Assembly: GCA_963801665.1 (NCBI GenBank)
Contig: CAWDFL010000003.1
Coordinates: forward strand, 280,901 to 344,900
DNA: 64,000 nucleotides
Reading direction: 5' to 3'
Source of the DNA: an uncultured delta proteobacterium
GTDB taxonomy: Bacteria; Desulfobacterota; Binatia; Binatales; Binataceae
How positions within the stretch are numbered: the stretch's first letter is position 1; each line of letters begins with the position of its first letter. The notes under the pieces were generated by a model that ran no database searches, was not told the origin of the DNA, and worked only from the letters and a program-made list of their open reading frames with translations. Shown here one piece after another: positions 29,694-39,518 of the stretch. Position numbers and translations under genes: made by a program.

Positions 29694-30767
29694 CTAACGG
29701 AATGCGGGTATCACCTTCGATGCGAATAACTCCAGGTGCGGTTGAATCCAGGCAGGAGGCAAGCCCGGAGGCAGCGTCCACGAGTAGTAGTGAGTCAATC
29801 GCACATTGCTCACATAGTCCCGAATCATCTTGACCGCGGTGTCAGGTTCCACGACCAAAAGCTGGCCCGACTTCCGCAAGCCGTCGCGATCGCGAAGGTA
29901 ACTCAGAGTTAGCGGTTTCGCACCCTCCTTCGCCATTCGCGCGCGGGTTTTTTCGTCGATGCTCTGGAGCGCCTTCACGGTCCAGGCCGCATAGTTATCG
30001 GCCTGATAAACGACGTGGTCAGCGGCCTCATTCCACGTTTTCTCCTGGTCGTCTGAGACGATTAGCCACTGGAATCCGCTGGCCAGTTTTACATGGTCCG
30101 TACTTCTGCCGCGTTTGCGAAGTTCGGCGAGATAGCTCTCGTAAACGGACGGGCTCGCCATCGGCGCGATAAATCCGTCTCCGAAGCGGGCCGCGCGTCG
30201 CAGCGCGGGTTGCGTGAAACCGCCGATCCAGATCGGAGGCCGCGGCTTCTGGATCGGTTCGGGGGTAATGCGCGCGCGAATCAACTCGAAGTAATCGCTC
30301 TTATAGGTAACTGTTTCACCGGCCAGCAGGCGTGAAACGATATCGAGAGACTGATTGGTCCGCGCGCCGGCCTGGCTGTTTGGAATGCCATAACCTTCGA
30401 ATTCCTCGACCTTGTAGCCGACGCCGAATCCCAGATCGAGGCGTCCACCCGAGATAACGTCGACGACCGCGATTTCTTCCGCAAGCCTTACGGGATTCTG
30501 AAACGGCATCAGCATGACGGCGAGGCCAATACGGATCTTCCGGGTGCGCGCGGCAATCGCGGCAGCCACCGGCAGCAATGAGGGCAAGTAGCCATCGTCA
30601 ATAAAGTGATGCTCCGATAGCCAGACGTCGTCGAAGCCGTGATCTTCAGCCCACACGATCTGGTCGAGGATGTCCGTGTAAAGACGATTGGACGGTTGCC
30701 GCCATCGCCCGGGATTACGAAAATCGTAGTACAGCCCGAATCTTAAACTGAGATTATTTGCGCTCAT
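29694..30767 (-). CDS. LLM-class flavin-dependent oxidoreductase (luciferase-like monooxygenase)
   Basis: 357 aa; VWLSEHHF...RIGLAVMLMPFQNPVRLAEE TIM-barrel LLM signature. Confidence 0.85.
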   Translation of the reverse strand: MSANNLSLRFGLYYDFRNPGRWRQPSNRLYTDILDQIVWAEDHGFDDVWLSEHHFIDDGYLPSLLPVAAAIAARTRKIRIGLAVMLMPFQNPVRLAEEIAVVDVISGGRLDLGFGVGYKVEEFEGYGIPNSQAGARTNQSLDIVSRLLAGETVTYKSDYFELIRARITPEPIQKPRPPIWIGGFTQPALRRAARFGDGFIAPMASPSVYESYLAELRKRGRSTDHVKLASGFQWLIVSDDQEKTWNEAADHVVYQADNYAAWTVKALQSIDEKTRARMAKEGAKPLTLSYLRDRDGLRKSGQLLVVEPDTAVKMIRDYVSNVRLTHYYSWTLPPGLPPAWIQPHLELFASKVIPAFR

Positions 30768-30791
30768 CTTTTAAGCCCTTGGGGGGGGTTC

Positions 30792-30805
30792 GTAGTGCTC
30801 ACTAC
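30792..30805. promoter_or_regulatory. 14-bp perfect palindrome GTAGTGctCACTAC in the LLM/TetR divergent intergenic region (candidate TetR operator)
   Basis: Seen directly; immediately follows a G8 homopolymer (30781-30788). Confidence 0.3.
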
Positions 30806-31460
30806 AATTACCCGACGCGGCCGCGCTGAGTCAAGTTTCTTTATCGAGCGCTACAAATTCGCTAAGCTAATGGCCATGGGACGCAAACTCGGGTTCGATC
30901 GCGATCGAGCCATCGATCGGGCAACTAAGGTGTTCTGGAAAAAGGGCTACACCAACGCATCGCTGCGCGACCTGTTGCGCGCGATGGGTATCGGAGAGGG
31001 CTCGTTCTACAACACGGTCGGCAGCAAAAAGCAGTTGTTTATCGAATGCCTTAAGCACTACGAGGACACGGTAGAGCGCAAACGTTTCGATGCATTACTG
31101 GCTGAAGCTTCAGTGAAGAAAGGAGTTCGAGCGTTCTTTAGAAGTGTCCTGGATACTCTCGACGATCCTAGCACTCCGCGCCTGTGTCTGCTGGCAGAGA
31201 GCCTGTCGGGTGACGTACTTCGGGACCGGCAGCTCAAACATTTCGTCGAAAATTCAACGCGGTCGTCATGGCAGCGATCCATCGAGCGTCTGGAATCGGC
31301 AAAAAGCTCAGGCGAGCTGCCTCAGAACTTCGACTCGAAACTCGTGGCCGACGTGCTCATGACGTATCTTCAAGGGCTCTACCGGATAGCTCGGCTCGTC
31401 AAAAGTCGGCGACAAATCGAACGCCAGATAGAGACGCTGCTACAAGCACTCGGGCTGTAG
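30795..31460 (+). CDS. TetR/AcrR family transcriptional regulator
   Basis: HTH (DRAIDRATKVFWKKGYTNASLRDLLRAMGIGEGSFYNTV); the probable start is MAMGRK (~30870). Confidence 0.8.
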   Translation: MLTTITRRGRAESSFFIERYKFAKLMAMGRKLGFDRDRAIDRATKVFWKKGYTNASLRDLLRAMGIGEGSFYNTVGSKKQLFIECLKHYEDTVERKRFDALLAEASVKKGVRAFFRSVLDTLDDPSTPRLCLLAESLSGDVLRDRQLKHFVENSTRSSWQRSIERLESAKSSGELPQNFDSKLVADVLMTYLQGLYRIARLVKSRRQIERQIETLLQALGL

Positions 31461-31508
31461 TCACAGCGCTCCGTCTGGCGCCTGGCGGGACAGAACGCAC
31501 AAGATTCT

Positions 31509-31943
31509 GTGCCACTTGCTCAGGCTCCAAAGGGCCGCCTATCGTTGATGCAGTCATCTTGGACCGAAGGATGGAGGCACCTCGTGGAAAAGGTGAACGT
31601 CGCGGAGAAATTCGATCTGTTCAGCGACTACTGGAGTCCCAAGATCGCCGCTGAGTTGAACGACTCATACGTTAAGTTGGCAAAATTCAAAGGCGAGTTC
31701 GTTTGGCATCATCACGAAAATGAGGATGAGCTGTTCCTCGTGACGAAGGGTCAGCTACTAATAAAGCTGCGCGATAGCGAGGTTGTAGTCGGCCCGGGAG
31801 AATTCGTTGTCATTCCCCGTGGAGTCGAACACATGCCTGTGGCAAAAGACGAAGTCCACGTCATTTTGATCGAACCGAAAACGACCCTGAATACTGGCAA
31901 TGTCGTTGGTGCAAAGACTGTCGAGCGTCTCGAAAAGGTATGA
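31509..31943 (+). CDS. cupin domain protein
   Basis: 144 aa; HHHENEDELFLVTKGQL...GEFVVIPRGVEHMP cupin motifs. Confidence 0.75.
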   Translation: MPLAQAPKGRLSLMQSSWTEGWRHLVEKVNVAEKFDLFSDYWSPKIAAELNDSYVKLAKFKGEFVWHHHENEDELFLVTKGQLLIKLRDSEVVVGPGEFVVIPRGVEHMPVAKDEVHVILIEPKTTLNTGNVVGAKTVERLEKV

Positions 31944-32396
31944 GGTGGTAATGCGGGGAGACGCCAGGACCTTTCGTCGGAGACGAATCTGGTGGATTGC
32001 CTATTCCGAGAGCGGTCGCGAGTATCGAGAGAGTAGCCGCAGCACGGAGAAAAAGCCGCTCGGAAATGCTGCAGAAGCGACTCGCGACTCCGAGAGCGTC
32101 AATCATAGTCCGGGATCTCGCCCGGAGATCCGACCTCGTTCGAGTGCTCGACGGGGATGTGCAGGCACTCTATTCTGATTGCCTGGCAGCCTTGGATCGG
32201 CTGCGCGCTCGTCTCTCTTAGTTGATGGGCGTACTGTCGGCGTGAGGTGCGTCGCGCGCGCTTGACCACGATCCGCAACCAAAAGTAGTTAATTGAATGA
32301 CATCGCATCGAAAAATCCCGTGCCGAGGAACAGCAGCGTTCGGCTCGAACAAAAATCCGGACGTATTTCTGGCGATCCTCTCTCGCCCTCAAAGCC

Positions 32397-33272
32397 TTGT
32401 CGATGACGAGTAACCGTAAACGTGCGGTCGCCGCGACGATGGGCGCTGCTGCAGCGCTTGGCCTGACAGTCGATGATGCGATCGTGCTCCAGGAGTCGAA
32501 CAAGCTCGCTGTGCGCCTGCTGCCGTGCGACGTTCTTGCTCGGGTCGCGGAGGAGCGCATCAAGCGCTGGGCGGAGTTCGAAGTCGAGCTTGCTTTACGG
32601 CTCGCTGAAACCGGGGAGCCCCGTAGGAGCGCTCGATCCTCGGGTCGCGCCGGGCGTCTACATGCGTGACGGCTTTGTGGTCACGCTGTGGACCTACTAC
32701 GAACCTGTGCCGTCCCGAGAGTTCGCGCCAGCCGACTACGCGCACGCTCTCGAACGGCTGCATGACTGCATGCGGCAGATCGACTTCCCTACACCGCACT
32801 TTACGGATCGAATGACGGACGCCCAACGGCTTATCGGAAGCCGCGACCAGACTCCAGAGCTAGTTGACGCGGCAGTGAGCTTCTCAGCAACACGTTACGA
32901 AGTCTGCGGCAGGCGATCAGCGCTCGCGGGCGCCGCGAACAACTCCTGCACGGCGAGCCACACCCGGGCAACGTGCTCAGGACGAAGAAGGGCCTGCTGT
33001 TCATAGACCTCGAGACCTGTTGCCGCGGGCCCGTCGAGTTCGATCTCGCCTACGTGCCCGAAGAGGTGAGCGTGCTCTATCGGAGCACCGATCAACAGCT
33101 GCTCCGCGAATGCCGGGTCCTGATGCTTGCGATGGTCGCAGCATGGCGCTGGGATCGAAACGACCAATTCCCCAACGGGCGACAAGCAGCGCGAGAATTC
33201 GTCAGCGAACTCCGGGCGGCACTGTCGGGCGCACCGTTCTCGACGCACTTGCCGCGCTGGACTGACACCTGA
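32397..33272 (+). pseudogene. aminoglycoside/choline-kinase-type phosphotransferase (APH family) with two frameshifts
   Basis: Three consecutive overlapping ORFs in three frames (32397..32669, 32473..33006, 32973..33272). The last carries the ...LLHGEPHPGNVL...LFIDLET... catalytic-loop motif of the APH/protein-kinase-like fold. Confidence 0.55.
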
Positions 33273-33651
33273 ATCGCTGGTGGACGATAAAAATTGGAGC
33301 TAGTTCGTCGAGATCTTTGCCCCACTAAGTAATGACGTCCATCTTTTCCGCCAACTCGCGCTTGGACTACGCCATTAGGTGAGTGTAAGTGTCGGCAGTA
33401 AGCTGGATTCTCGAGTGCCCAAGTATCTCCGAAATCATTCGCATTGGATAAGATAGCGCGCGGCGCTACGACAACAAGGGCGATCGTGAATCGAGCGTTA
33501 CTCAAACCGTACTTCACCGGGCTTTAAGAATATGTCGCCTTAGACTCATGATCCGGCTTAAACAACCGGATGGTGACACCGTGACACAGAACGCCGACGG
33601 ACGCTCCAGCGAATCGGTATCTTCTTAACTATCTGATTTTATTAGCTTTCT

Positions 33652-33727
33652 TGGAGCCACCCGTCGGATTCGAACCGACGACCTGCTGATTACGAATCAG
33701 CTGCTCTACCAACTGAGCTAGGGTGGC
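33652..33727 (-). tRNA. tRNA-Thr (anticodon CGT)
   Basis: 76 nt: GCCACCC-TA-GCTC-AGTTGGTA-GAGC-A-GCTGA-TTCGTAA-TCAGC-AGGTC-GTCGG-TTCGAAT-CCGAC-GGGTGGC-T-CCA. All four stems are Watson-Crick; anticodon loop TTCGTAA; CCA encoded. Confidence 0.85.
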
Positions 33728-33860
33728 CCCGCCGCGATTGCGCGCGCGCCGATAGGACTCGGCTGAATGCCGAGATTAGCGGACCCTCGCGCGCCGGGAA
33801 AGAGAGACCTTGGCGCCGGCGTCTTGAGACTCGGCGGGATCGAGCCGAAGATGAGCCTCG

Positions 33861-34739
33861 ATGGACGGGCTCCCGGGATTTCGCGCTGCGTATCATGAGA
33901 CCTTCGCACGCCTCTACGAGCGTAGCGCCGCCCGGCGCTGGAGAATTCCCGAAGCCGATTTTGCGCAGACGATCGAGCGCGCGATCGAGCGCCAATTTGC
34001 CGGCGCTATCCCGAATCCCGCCGAAATTGAAATTTTCCTCGACTCGCTCCATGTCGAGGACCTTGCGCTCGCAATGGCATGCCGCGCGGGGAACGCCGAG
34101 GCGTGGCGCGAATTCGACGCGCGTTACCACGGCGCGATCGAGAGCTTCGTGCGCGCGATTGCGCGCGATACGGATCGAGCTCGCGAAATTGAAAGCTCCC
34201 TGTACGGCGATCTTTTCGACGTCGCGCGAGTAGGTAATCCGCGCCGCTCCCCGCTCGATTACTATCATGGCCGAAGCTCGCTCGCCGCGTGGTTGCGCAT
34301 CGTGATCGTGCGGCGGGAGGCCGATTGGCTGCGCGAGCGTTACCATGCGAATGCTGCCGCGGCCGCTGCCGCCGAGCCGATAGCGAGTGGCGATCGCAAT
34401 CACTCGGCGCCCGCCGATCCCGATCGCGCGCGGTTTATCCCGATGCTCGCAAAGGCGCTCGACGCCGCGCTTGCCGAGCTCGAGGCGCGCGACCGTCTTC
34501 GTCTCTCTTATTACTACGTGCAAGGTCTCACGCTTGCGGAATCCGGCGTGCTGCTCGGCGAGCATGAATCGTCGGTATCGCGAAACCTTGCGCGAATCCG
34601 CCTCGCGATTCGGCTTAGAGTCGCGCGCGAGCTCAAGCGCGAGCATCATCTGAGCGACGAACAAATCACGCGCTGCTTTGAATTTGGAACCGACGATTGG
34701 CCGTTCGATCTCGGACGGGCGCTTTCGCAGGCAAAGTAA
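33861..34739 (+). CDS. ECF-like sigma-70 family sigma factor
   Basis: Region 2-like (VEDLALAMACRAGNAEAWREFDARYHGAIESFVRAI) and region 4 HTH (LRLSYYYVQGLTLAESGVLLGEHESSVSRNLARIR). Stop overlaps the start of the next gene (TAATG). Confidence 0.7.
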   Translation: MDGLPGFRAAYHETFARLYERSAARRWRIPEADFAQTIERAIERQFAGAIPNPAEIEIFLDSLHVEDLALAMACRAGNAEAWREFDARYHGAIESFVRAIARDTDRAREIESSLYGDLFDVARVGNPRRSPLDYYHGRSSLAAWLRIVIVRREADWLRERYHANAAAAAAAEPIASGDRNHSAPADPDRARFIPMLAKALDAALAELEARDRLRLSYYYVQGLTLAESGVLLGEHESSVSRNLARIRLAIRLRVARELKREHHLSDEQITRCFEFGTDDWPFDLGRALSQAK

Positions 34740-36166
34740 TGGCTAATCCCATAAACGGCGGAGACGGCGAAAATAGCGAAGTGGGAAATGACGCGCTCGA
34801 CGCGCTGACCGCGCGCCACCTGGCCGAAGGGCTTGATGCGTCCGGCCGCGATTGCCCCGACGCCGACGTGCTCGCGACGTTCGCTACCCGCTTGCTGGAT
34901 GCGGACGAATATTCGCGCTGGGAACATCACGCGGCGCAGTGCGTGCTATGCCAACGCAACCTCGCGGCTCTCGCGCGCAGTGGCGTCCTCGACGCTCCCA
35001 AAAGGCCCGCGCTGCCGGCTCTCGCACAAGACGATTCTGACGACGACTCCGAGCTATCGCCCCACGGCGAGGACGAGGGAATCGTCGCCTCGCTTCGCCG
35101 CGGGTTCAGATTCATCGTGGGTCCGTTTCCGCTTTCAGTCGCGATCCACCTCGTTCTGATCATGCTGCTGATCATCACGGTGCACGAGCAGCGTGGACGC
35201 GAATTTATCATGGTCAATCTCGAAGCGGGCGGTGGCGGCGGCGGCAACGAGATGCAGGATCTCGACATGCCTGAAGTGCCGATGCCCGACACCGCGCCGC
35301 AACAGATGGACAATCCGCAAGCGGTCGATACCTCGCAGGCTGTAGGCATGGCCAACGACTATGTGCGCGCGGCCGGCGGCGGCGGAATCGGAATCGGGCG
35401 CGGCGGCGGAATGGGTTCAGGCTACGGCCACGGCATTGGATCGGGCTTCGGCGGATTTATCGGAGAACTTCGGCGCAAGGGTCTGGACGTGGTGCTGGTG
35501 ATCGACGGCACCGGTTCGATGGGTCTGATCATCAACGACGTGAAGGCCAAGATGGGGCAGCTCATCCAGGCGATCCATCGCCTGGTTCCAATCGCGCGCG
35601 TCGGCATTATCGTGTTTGGCGGCAAGGGCGAGAAGATGGAGATCCAGCCGCTCACGCTGTCGCCGCAGAAGCTGACCGACTTCTTAAACGGCATTACCGC
35701 GAAAGGCGGGGGCGAATGGGAAGAAGATACTTTCGGCGCGTGCGAAACCGCGATCGACAAGATGGACTGGAAGCCGTACGCGAAGAAGGTGGTGGTGCTG
35801 GTAGGTGATTCGCCGCCGCGCAAGGAGGATTTCGCGCCGCTGATCGCGATGATCCGCAAGTTCAAGAGCGAGAACGGGACTTTCAACACCGTCGATGTGG
35901 CGGCGGAAGAGCACGAGCGCTTCGAGCGCGAGTTCTGGTTGAAGGTGCATCGCGAGGAGCCGCCGAAAATCACGCCGTTGCCCGAGTTCTATCAGCAGAC
36001 GCGCGCCGCCTATAAGGTGCTCGCCAACGCAGGCGGCGGTGCGATGCGCTCGCTCACGCACGACTCGCATATCAACCAGCAGGTGCTGATCCTCGCCTTC
36101 GGCGAGCAGTGGCAGAACCAGGTCTCCGCCTTCGGCCGGGGGATCAGTTCCGCCAGTGGCCCCTAG
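34739..36166 (+). CDS. anti-sigma factor (zf-HC2) - TM - extracytoplasmic VWA domain protein
   Basis: N-terminal HHAAQCVLCQ zinc motif, TM helix (FPLSVAIHLVLIMLLIITV), Gly-rich linker, VWA/MIDAS (DVVLVIDGTGSM...). The ORF track extends to 34697. Confidence 0.7.
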   Translation: MANPINGGDGENSEVGNDALDALTARHLAEGLDASGRDCPDADVLATFATRLLDADEYSRWEHHAAQCVLCQRNLAALARSGVLDAPKRPALPALAQDDSDDDSELSPHGEDEGIVASLRRGFRFIVGPFPLSVAIHLVLIMLLIITVHEQRGREFIMVNLEAGGGGGGNEMQDLDMPEVPMPDTAPQQMDNPQAVDTSQAVGMANDYVRAAGGGGIGIGRGGGMGSGYGHGIGSGFGGFIGELRRKGLDVVLVIDGTGSMGLIINDVKAKMGQLIQAIHRLVPIARVGIIVFGGKGEKMEIQPLTLSPQKLTDFLNGITAKGGGEWEEDTFGACETAIDKMDWKPYAKKVVVLVGDSPPRKEDFAPLIAMIRKFKSENGTFNTVDVAAEEHERFEREFWLKVHREEPPKITPLPEFYQQTRAAYKVLANAGGGAMRSLTHDSHINQQVLILAFGEQWQNQVSAFGRGISSASGP

Positions 36167-36259
36167 CGCCAAAGAAATTCTGCAAGGAAACCGCCCGCGC
36201 CCGATCTGATCATCAGGAGCATCTGTATAGACGCTCTGGACTCGATCAGGAGGTGCGCG

Positions 36260-37417
36260 ATGAACCCGTACCTGTTCGCATTGATAGCGCTTTGCCTCTC
36301 GATAATCGTCGTCACTGTCGCGATCCGGCGGCTTAGGCGCCGCGAGGATGTCGGAGCGGGCGTGATTGCGAGTGCGGTCCGGTTTGTCGGCGGTCCGTTT
36401 CCGCTTTCGGTCGCGATTCACGTCGGCGCGCTGCTGTTCCTGATTATCACGGTTCACGAAAGCCGCGGACGGGATCTGATCCTGGTCAATCTCGAAGCGG
36501 GCGGTGGCGGAGGCGGTGGCGATGAGATGCAGAAGCTCGACATGCCTGAAGTTCCGATGCCTGACGTCGCGCCGCAGCAAACCGAGCTGCCGCAGACAGA
36601 CGACACGGCGCAGGCCGTCGCGCTCGCGACCGACTACGTACGTTCCGAAGCCGGCGGGATCGGGATAAATCGAGGCGGCGACGGACTTGGCACCGGGCAC
36701 GGCCCGGGCTTCGGTGGCGGATGGGGCGGGTTCATCGGCCATCTTCGCCGCAATGGACTGGACGTCGTGCTGGTGATCGACGGGACCGACTCGATGCGGC
36801 TGGTGATGGCGGACGTCAAGGCGCGGATGAAGGAGCTCGTCCGCGCGATTCAGCGTCTGGTTCCTACGGCGCGGGTTGGAATCGTTGTTTACGGTGGCGA
36901 GGGCGAGCCGCTCGACGTGCAGCCGCTCACGCTATCGCCGGCGAAGCTCGACGCTTTCTTGTCCGCGATCCAGACCAAAGGCGGCGGCGAGTGGGAAGAA
37001 AACACCTACGGCGCGATGCAGGCCGCGGTCGATCGGATGGACTGGAAGCCCTACGCGCGCAAAGTGATCGTGCTGGCCGGCGACGCGCCGCCGAAGCAGG
37101 ACAAGTTCGCGGCGATACTCGAACTCGAGCGCAAATTCCGCGCCGAAAACGGCACCGTCAGCGTCGTCGACCCGACCGCGCAGGAGCATCAGCGCTTCGA
37201 GCACGAGCTCAACATCCGCGTGCATCGCGAGGCCAACTCCGCCGCCGCGCCGATGCCCGCGTTCTATCAGCAGGCGCGCGCCGCCTTCGCCGTCATCGCG
37301 CACACCGGAGGCGGCGAGATGCGCAGTCTCGAAGGCGACGAGGCGATCAATCAGCAGGTGCTAATAATGGCGTTCGGAAGCAAGTGGCAGGAGCAACTCG
37401 CGGCTTACGAAAGATAG
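36260..37417 (+). CDS. TM + VWA domain protein, tandem paralog of the anti-sigma C-terminal region
   Basis: ~75% identical to the downstream gene over the TM-linker-VWA region (FPLSVAIHVGALLFLIITVHE...LEAGGGGGGG...DVVLVIDGTDSM) but lacks the cytoplasmic zinc-finger domain; AGGAGG RBS. Confidence 0.75.
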   Translation: MNPYLFALIALCLSIIVVTVAIRRLRRREDVGAGVIASAVRFVGGPFPLSVAIHVGALLFLIITVHESRGRDLILVNLEAGGGGGGGDEMQKLDMPEVPMPDVAPQQTELPQTDDTAQAVALATDYVRSEAGGIGINRGGDGLGTGHGPGFGGGWGGFIGHLRRNGLDVVLVIDGTDSMRLVMADVKARMKELVRAIQRLVPTARVGIVVYGGEGEPLDVQPLTLSPAKLDAFLSAIQTKGGGEWEENTYGAMQAAVDRMDWKPYARKVIVLAGDAPPKQDKFAAILELERKFRAENGTVSVVDPTAQEHQRFEHELNIRVHREANSAAAPMPAFYQQARAAFAVIAHTGGGEMRSLEGDEAINQQVLIMAFGSKWQEQLAAYER

Positions 37418-37655
37418 GCGCGAGGGTGCCGCACTGGTTGCCGGTCTTGCTCATAGTGCGAAGCGATCGCGCGCTCAGATCGGCAAATTAGAGGGGTGCG
37501 GCGATAGGTCTTCAGCTGCCGTCCAAACCGGAGGGCAACCGCGTGGGCATTGGCCCGTGGAAGTCTCACAATAGACTAGAGGCTGAGTGCTTCGGTTGGT
37601 ATGATAATCGCGATCCAAGGAGTGGTGCTGGGCCGGAAGCAGCCAACGCAGACGA

Positions 37656-38342
37656 ATGTTTCAAAGAGAGTCTGAAATGACTGGGTTCGTGGCGAGCTGG
37701 ATAAAGGCCAATGGCATGACGGCCAAGCCGGAGTTTGTGACACCTTGGGGTATTTGCGATTTCGTCGGACTCCGCTTTAATCCAGAAAAAGTAACACGCC
37801 GCCTCCAACAAAAACAAATGCGGGCGATTAGTTCCGTCACCCGTGCACTTTTGCTGCTTCAAATTCCCGATGTAGAGACGAAACGATCAATCACTCTCGA
37901 CAGCCTCATTCGGAGCTATGCGCCATTTATTTCCGAAGAAGTCGTCTGCAGGGAAACATCTCGCCTGATCGCTGACCGATATGTTACTTCTTCCGCGCAC
38001 CGGCGCTTACAAAAGGTTAACGGCTGGATGCCTCTACAAGACCGGTTGGTCGCTGTTGAACTAAAGCTCTCGCGAGTGGACGAAGCAATGCGTCAAGCGG
38101 TGAATAATCTCGGATTCGCAGACGAGTCGTACGTGGCGTTGCCGGCCGACGTAGCACGGCGTGTCCTGGCGACCTCGACCCGTTGGTCGAAGTTCTTCGA
38201 TGTGGGTGTAGGCTTGTTAAGCGTCGCGCGCCGTGGCTGCGAGGTTCTGCGGCCGGCGCAAAAGACCGGAAACGGGACGGACAAGGCAATTCAACTTTAC
38301 TGCATCGAGAAATTCTGGAGCACCCGTCTTAAAGGCAACTGA
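37656..38342 (+). CDS. hypothetical protein, possible PD-(D/E)XK nuclease fold
   Basis: ~50% GC gene inside the low-GC island. ICDFVG ... LVAVELK spacing resembles the D...(D/E)xK nuclease motif, but this is a weak inference. The real start may be MTGF (~37677). Confidence 0.45.
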   Translation: MFQRESEMTGFVASWIKANGMTAKPEFVTPWGICDFVGLRFNPEKVTRRLQQKQMRAISSVTRALLLLQIPDVETKRSITLDSLIRSYAPFISEEVVCRETSRLIADRYVTSSAHRRLQKVNGWMPLQDRLVAVELKLSRVDEAMRQAVNNLGFADESYVALPADVARRVLATSTRWSKFFDVGVGLLSVARRGCEVLRPAQKTGNGTDKAIQLYCIEKFWSTRLKGN

Positions 38343-39510
38343 GCATCAATGGTTCTGCTACAGCTTCAAGTCTGCGCGCCGTTCCTTCATCAGTGATCTC
38401 TGGAAGCGACTTTCCGAGAGCGTAAGCTGCGGATAGGTCTTGGAAAAGCGCCATCGATCGGCCGGCTTTGGGGGTAATCGCGATGAGATCAATCCATTGT
38501 TTGTAAAACCTAGCGATCTGTTCTCTCGCAGCATCAGGGGCGTTCAGCGCTGTATACTGCCTCTTGATCTCGGTGAATTCTGCGCGCGTCGGATGCGAAG
38601 CGGCAAGCTTCGAGATCGCTGCGTCGAGCCAGACCTTGAATTGGGGCCCAATGCCAACGCGTCGCCTTAGCGAAGGGAGTGCCAGCCTTACTTTTGGCTG
38701 ACGGGCGGGACTCCCGGCCAAAAAGTATTGGTATCCCGAGCCGATGCCGATAGCAGGGTGATCGACCAAGCCCTTCGCCCATAAGACCAAGTTAAGACCC
38801 CAATAGGGCCCGGCGATCCTGATTTTGGACGAAATGCGCTCGTTAAGTTCCTGGTGAAGGTCTATAAGGGCGCCGAAACGCTTTTTGAGCGTCGAGGAAC
38901 CACTGTCGTCCGTGAGACTGCTGTCCACGACCCAAAACCCATCCGCCCCAGCTTCGTGATAACACCGTTCAGCCTGTTTTACTTTCGGGTTCCGCGCCAC
39001 TTTGCCGCTAACCTGGTTTTGGTGCGTGAAAAGTATAGGGAGGATCAGCTTCCCAGAGAATCCGTTGGCGCTTTTCCATCTCCCAGCCGCTGCCGCCAAG
39101 AATCGATTGATCTTATTGCGGCCGGAACCATTCACTACTGGTAGCTGGGGCACAGTTATCCATGCCGGTCTGTATGTAACGCACCTATCCAAAACAGCTT
39201 TCACTAACGCGTTTACTTCCGATGAGAGTGGTATCCCCTGATAGTCACCCGCGCCGATTTTCTCGAAGTTTATGAACGTTCTCATAAAGTCGAACCAACC
39301 ATTCCTCTTGTCCGGTCGGCTCCGTCGGCTCACGAGATCATCCATCCCGTCGATGGCGGGATCTATCCACACCTTAAATGAGTCATCTAGAATGCGCAGA
39401 AAATTAGTCGCCCGATCCAAGGGCACGCGGACCATCTCCGAATCCGGATAGATTTTTCGCGCGAGTCTGCAGGTTTCCTCGCCCGTGACGAAGGGAATGT
39501 ATTCCGCCAT
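38329..39510 (-). CDS. hypothetical 393-aa protein (no family recognised)
   Basis: Long clean ORF at ~52% GC, co-oriented with and 8 nt upstream of the FRG-domain gene. It converges on the previous gene with a 14-nt overlap. Confidence 0.6.
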   Translation of the reverse strand: MAEYIPFVTGEETCRLARKIYPDSEMVRVPLDRATNFLRILDDSFKVWIDPAIDGMDDLVSRRSRPDKRNGWFDFMRTFINFEKIGAGDYQGIPLSSEVNALVKAVLDRCVTYRPAWITVPQLPVVNGSGRNKINRFLAAAAGRWKSANGFSGKLILPILFTHQNQVSGKVARNPKVKQAERCYHEAGADGFWVVDSSLTDDSGSSTLKKRFGALIDLHQELNERISSKIRIAGPYWGLNLVLWAKGLVDHPAIGIGSGYQYFLAGSPARQPKVRLALPSLRRRVGIGPQFKVWLDAAISKLAASHPTRAEFTEIKRQYTALNAPDAAREQIARFYKQWIDLIAITPKAGRSMALFQDLSAAYALGKSLPEITDEGTARRLEAVAEPLMLSCL

Positions 39511-39518
39511 TGTTTACC

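Noticed and set aside
31997-32221. 74-aa ORF read as a CopG/RHH-like protein
   Set aside because: Overlaps the integrase-like fragment in another frame within a decayed region. The similarity to RHH proteins is vague, so it is treated as part of the remnant rather than a gene.
33690-34664. 324-aa minus-strand ORF
   Set aside because: Overlaps the tRNA-Thr gene and lies antisense to the well-supported sigma factor gene. Arg/Ala-rich translation is typical of high-GC antisense frames.
35684-36742. 352-aa minus-strand ORF (and 34927..35355, 35422..35973)
   Set aside because: Antisense to the two VWA genes. Poly-Pro/Arg low-complexity translation driven by GGC-rich codons on the sense strand.
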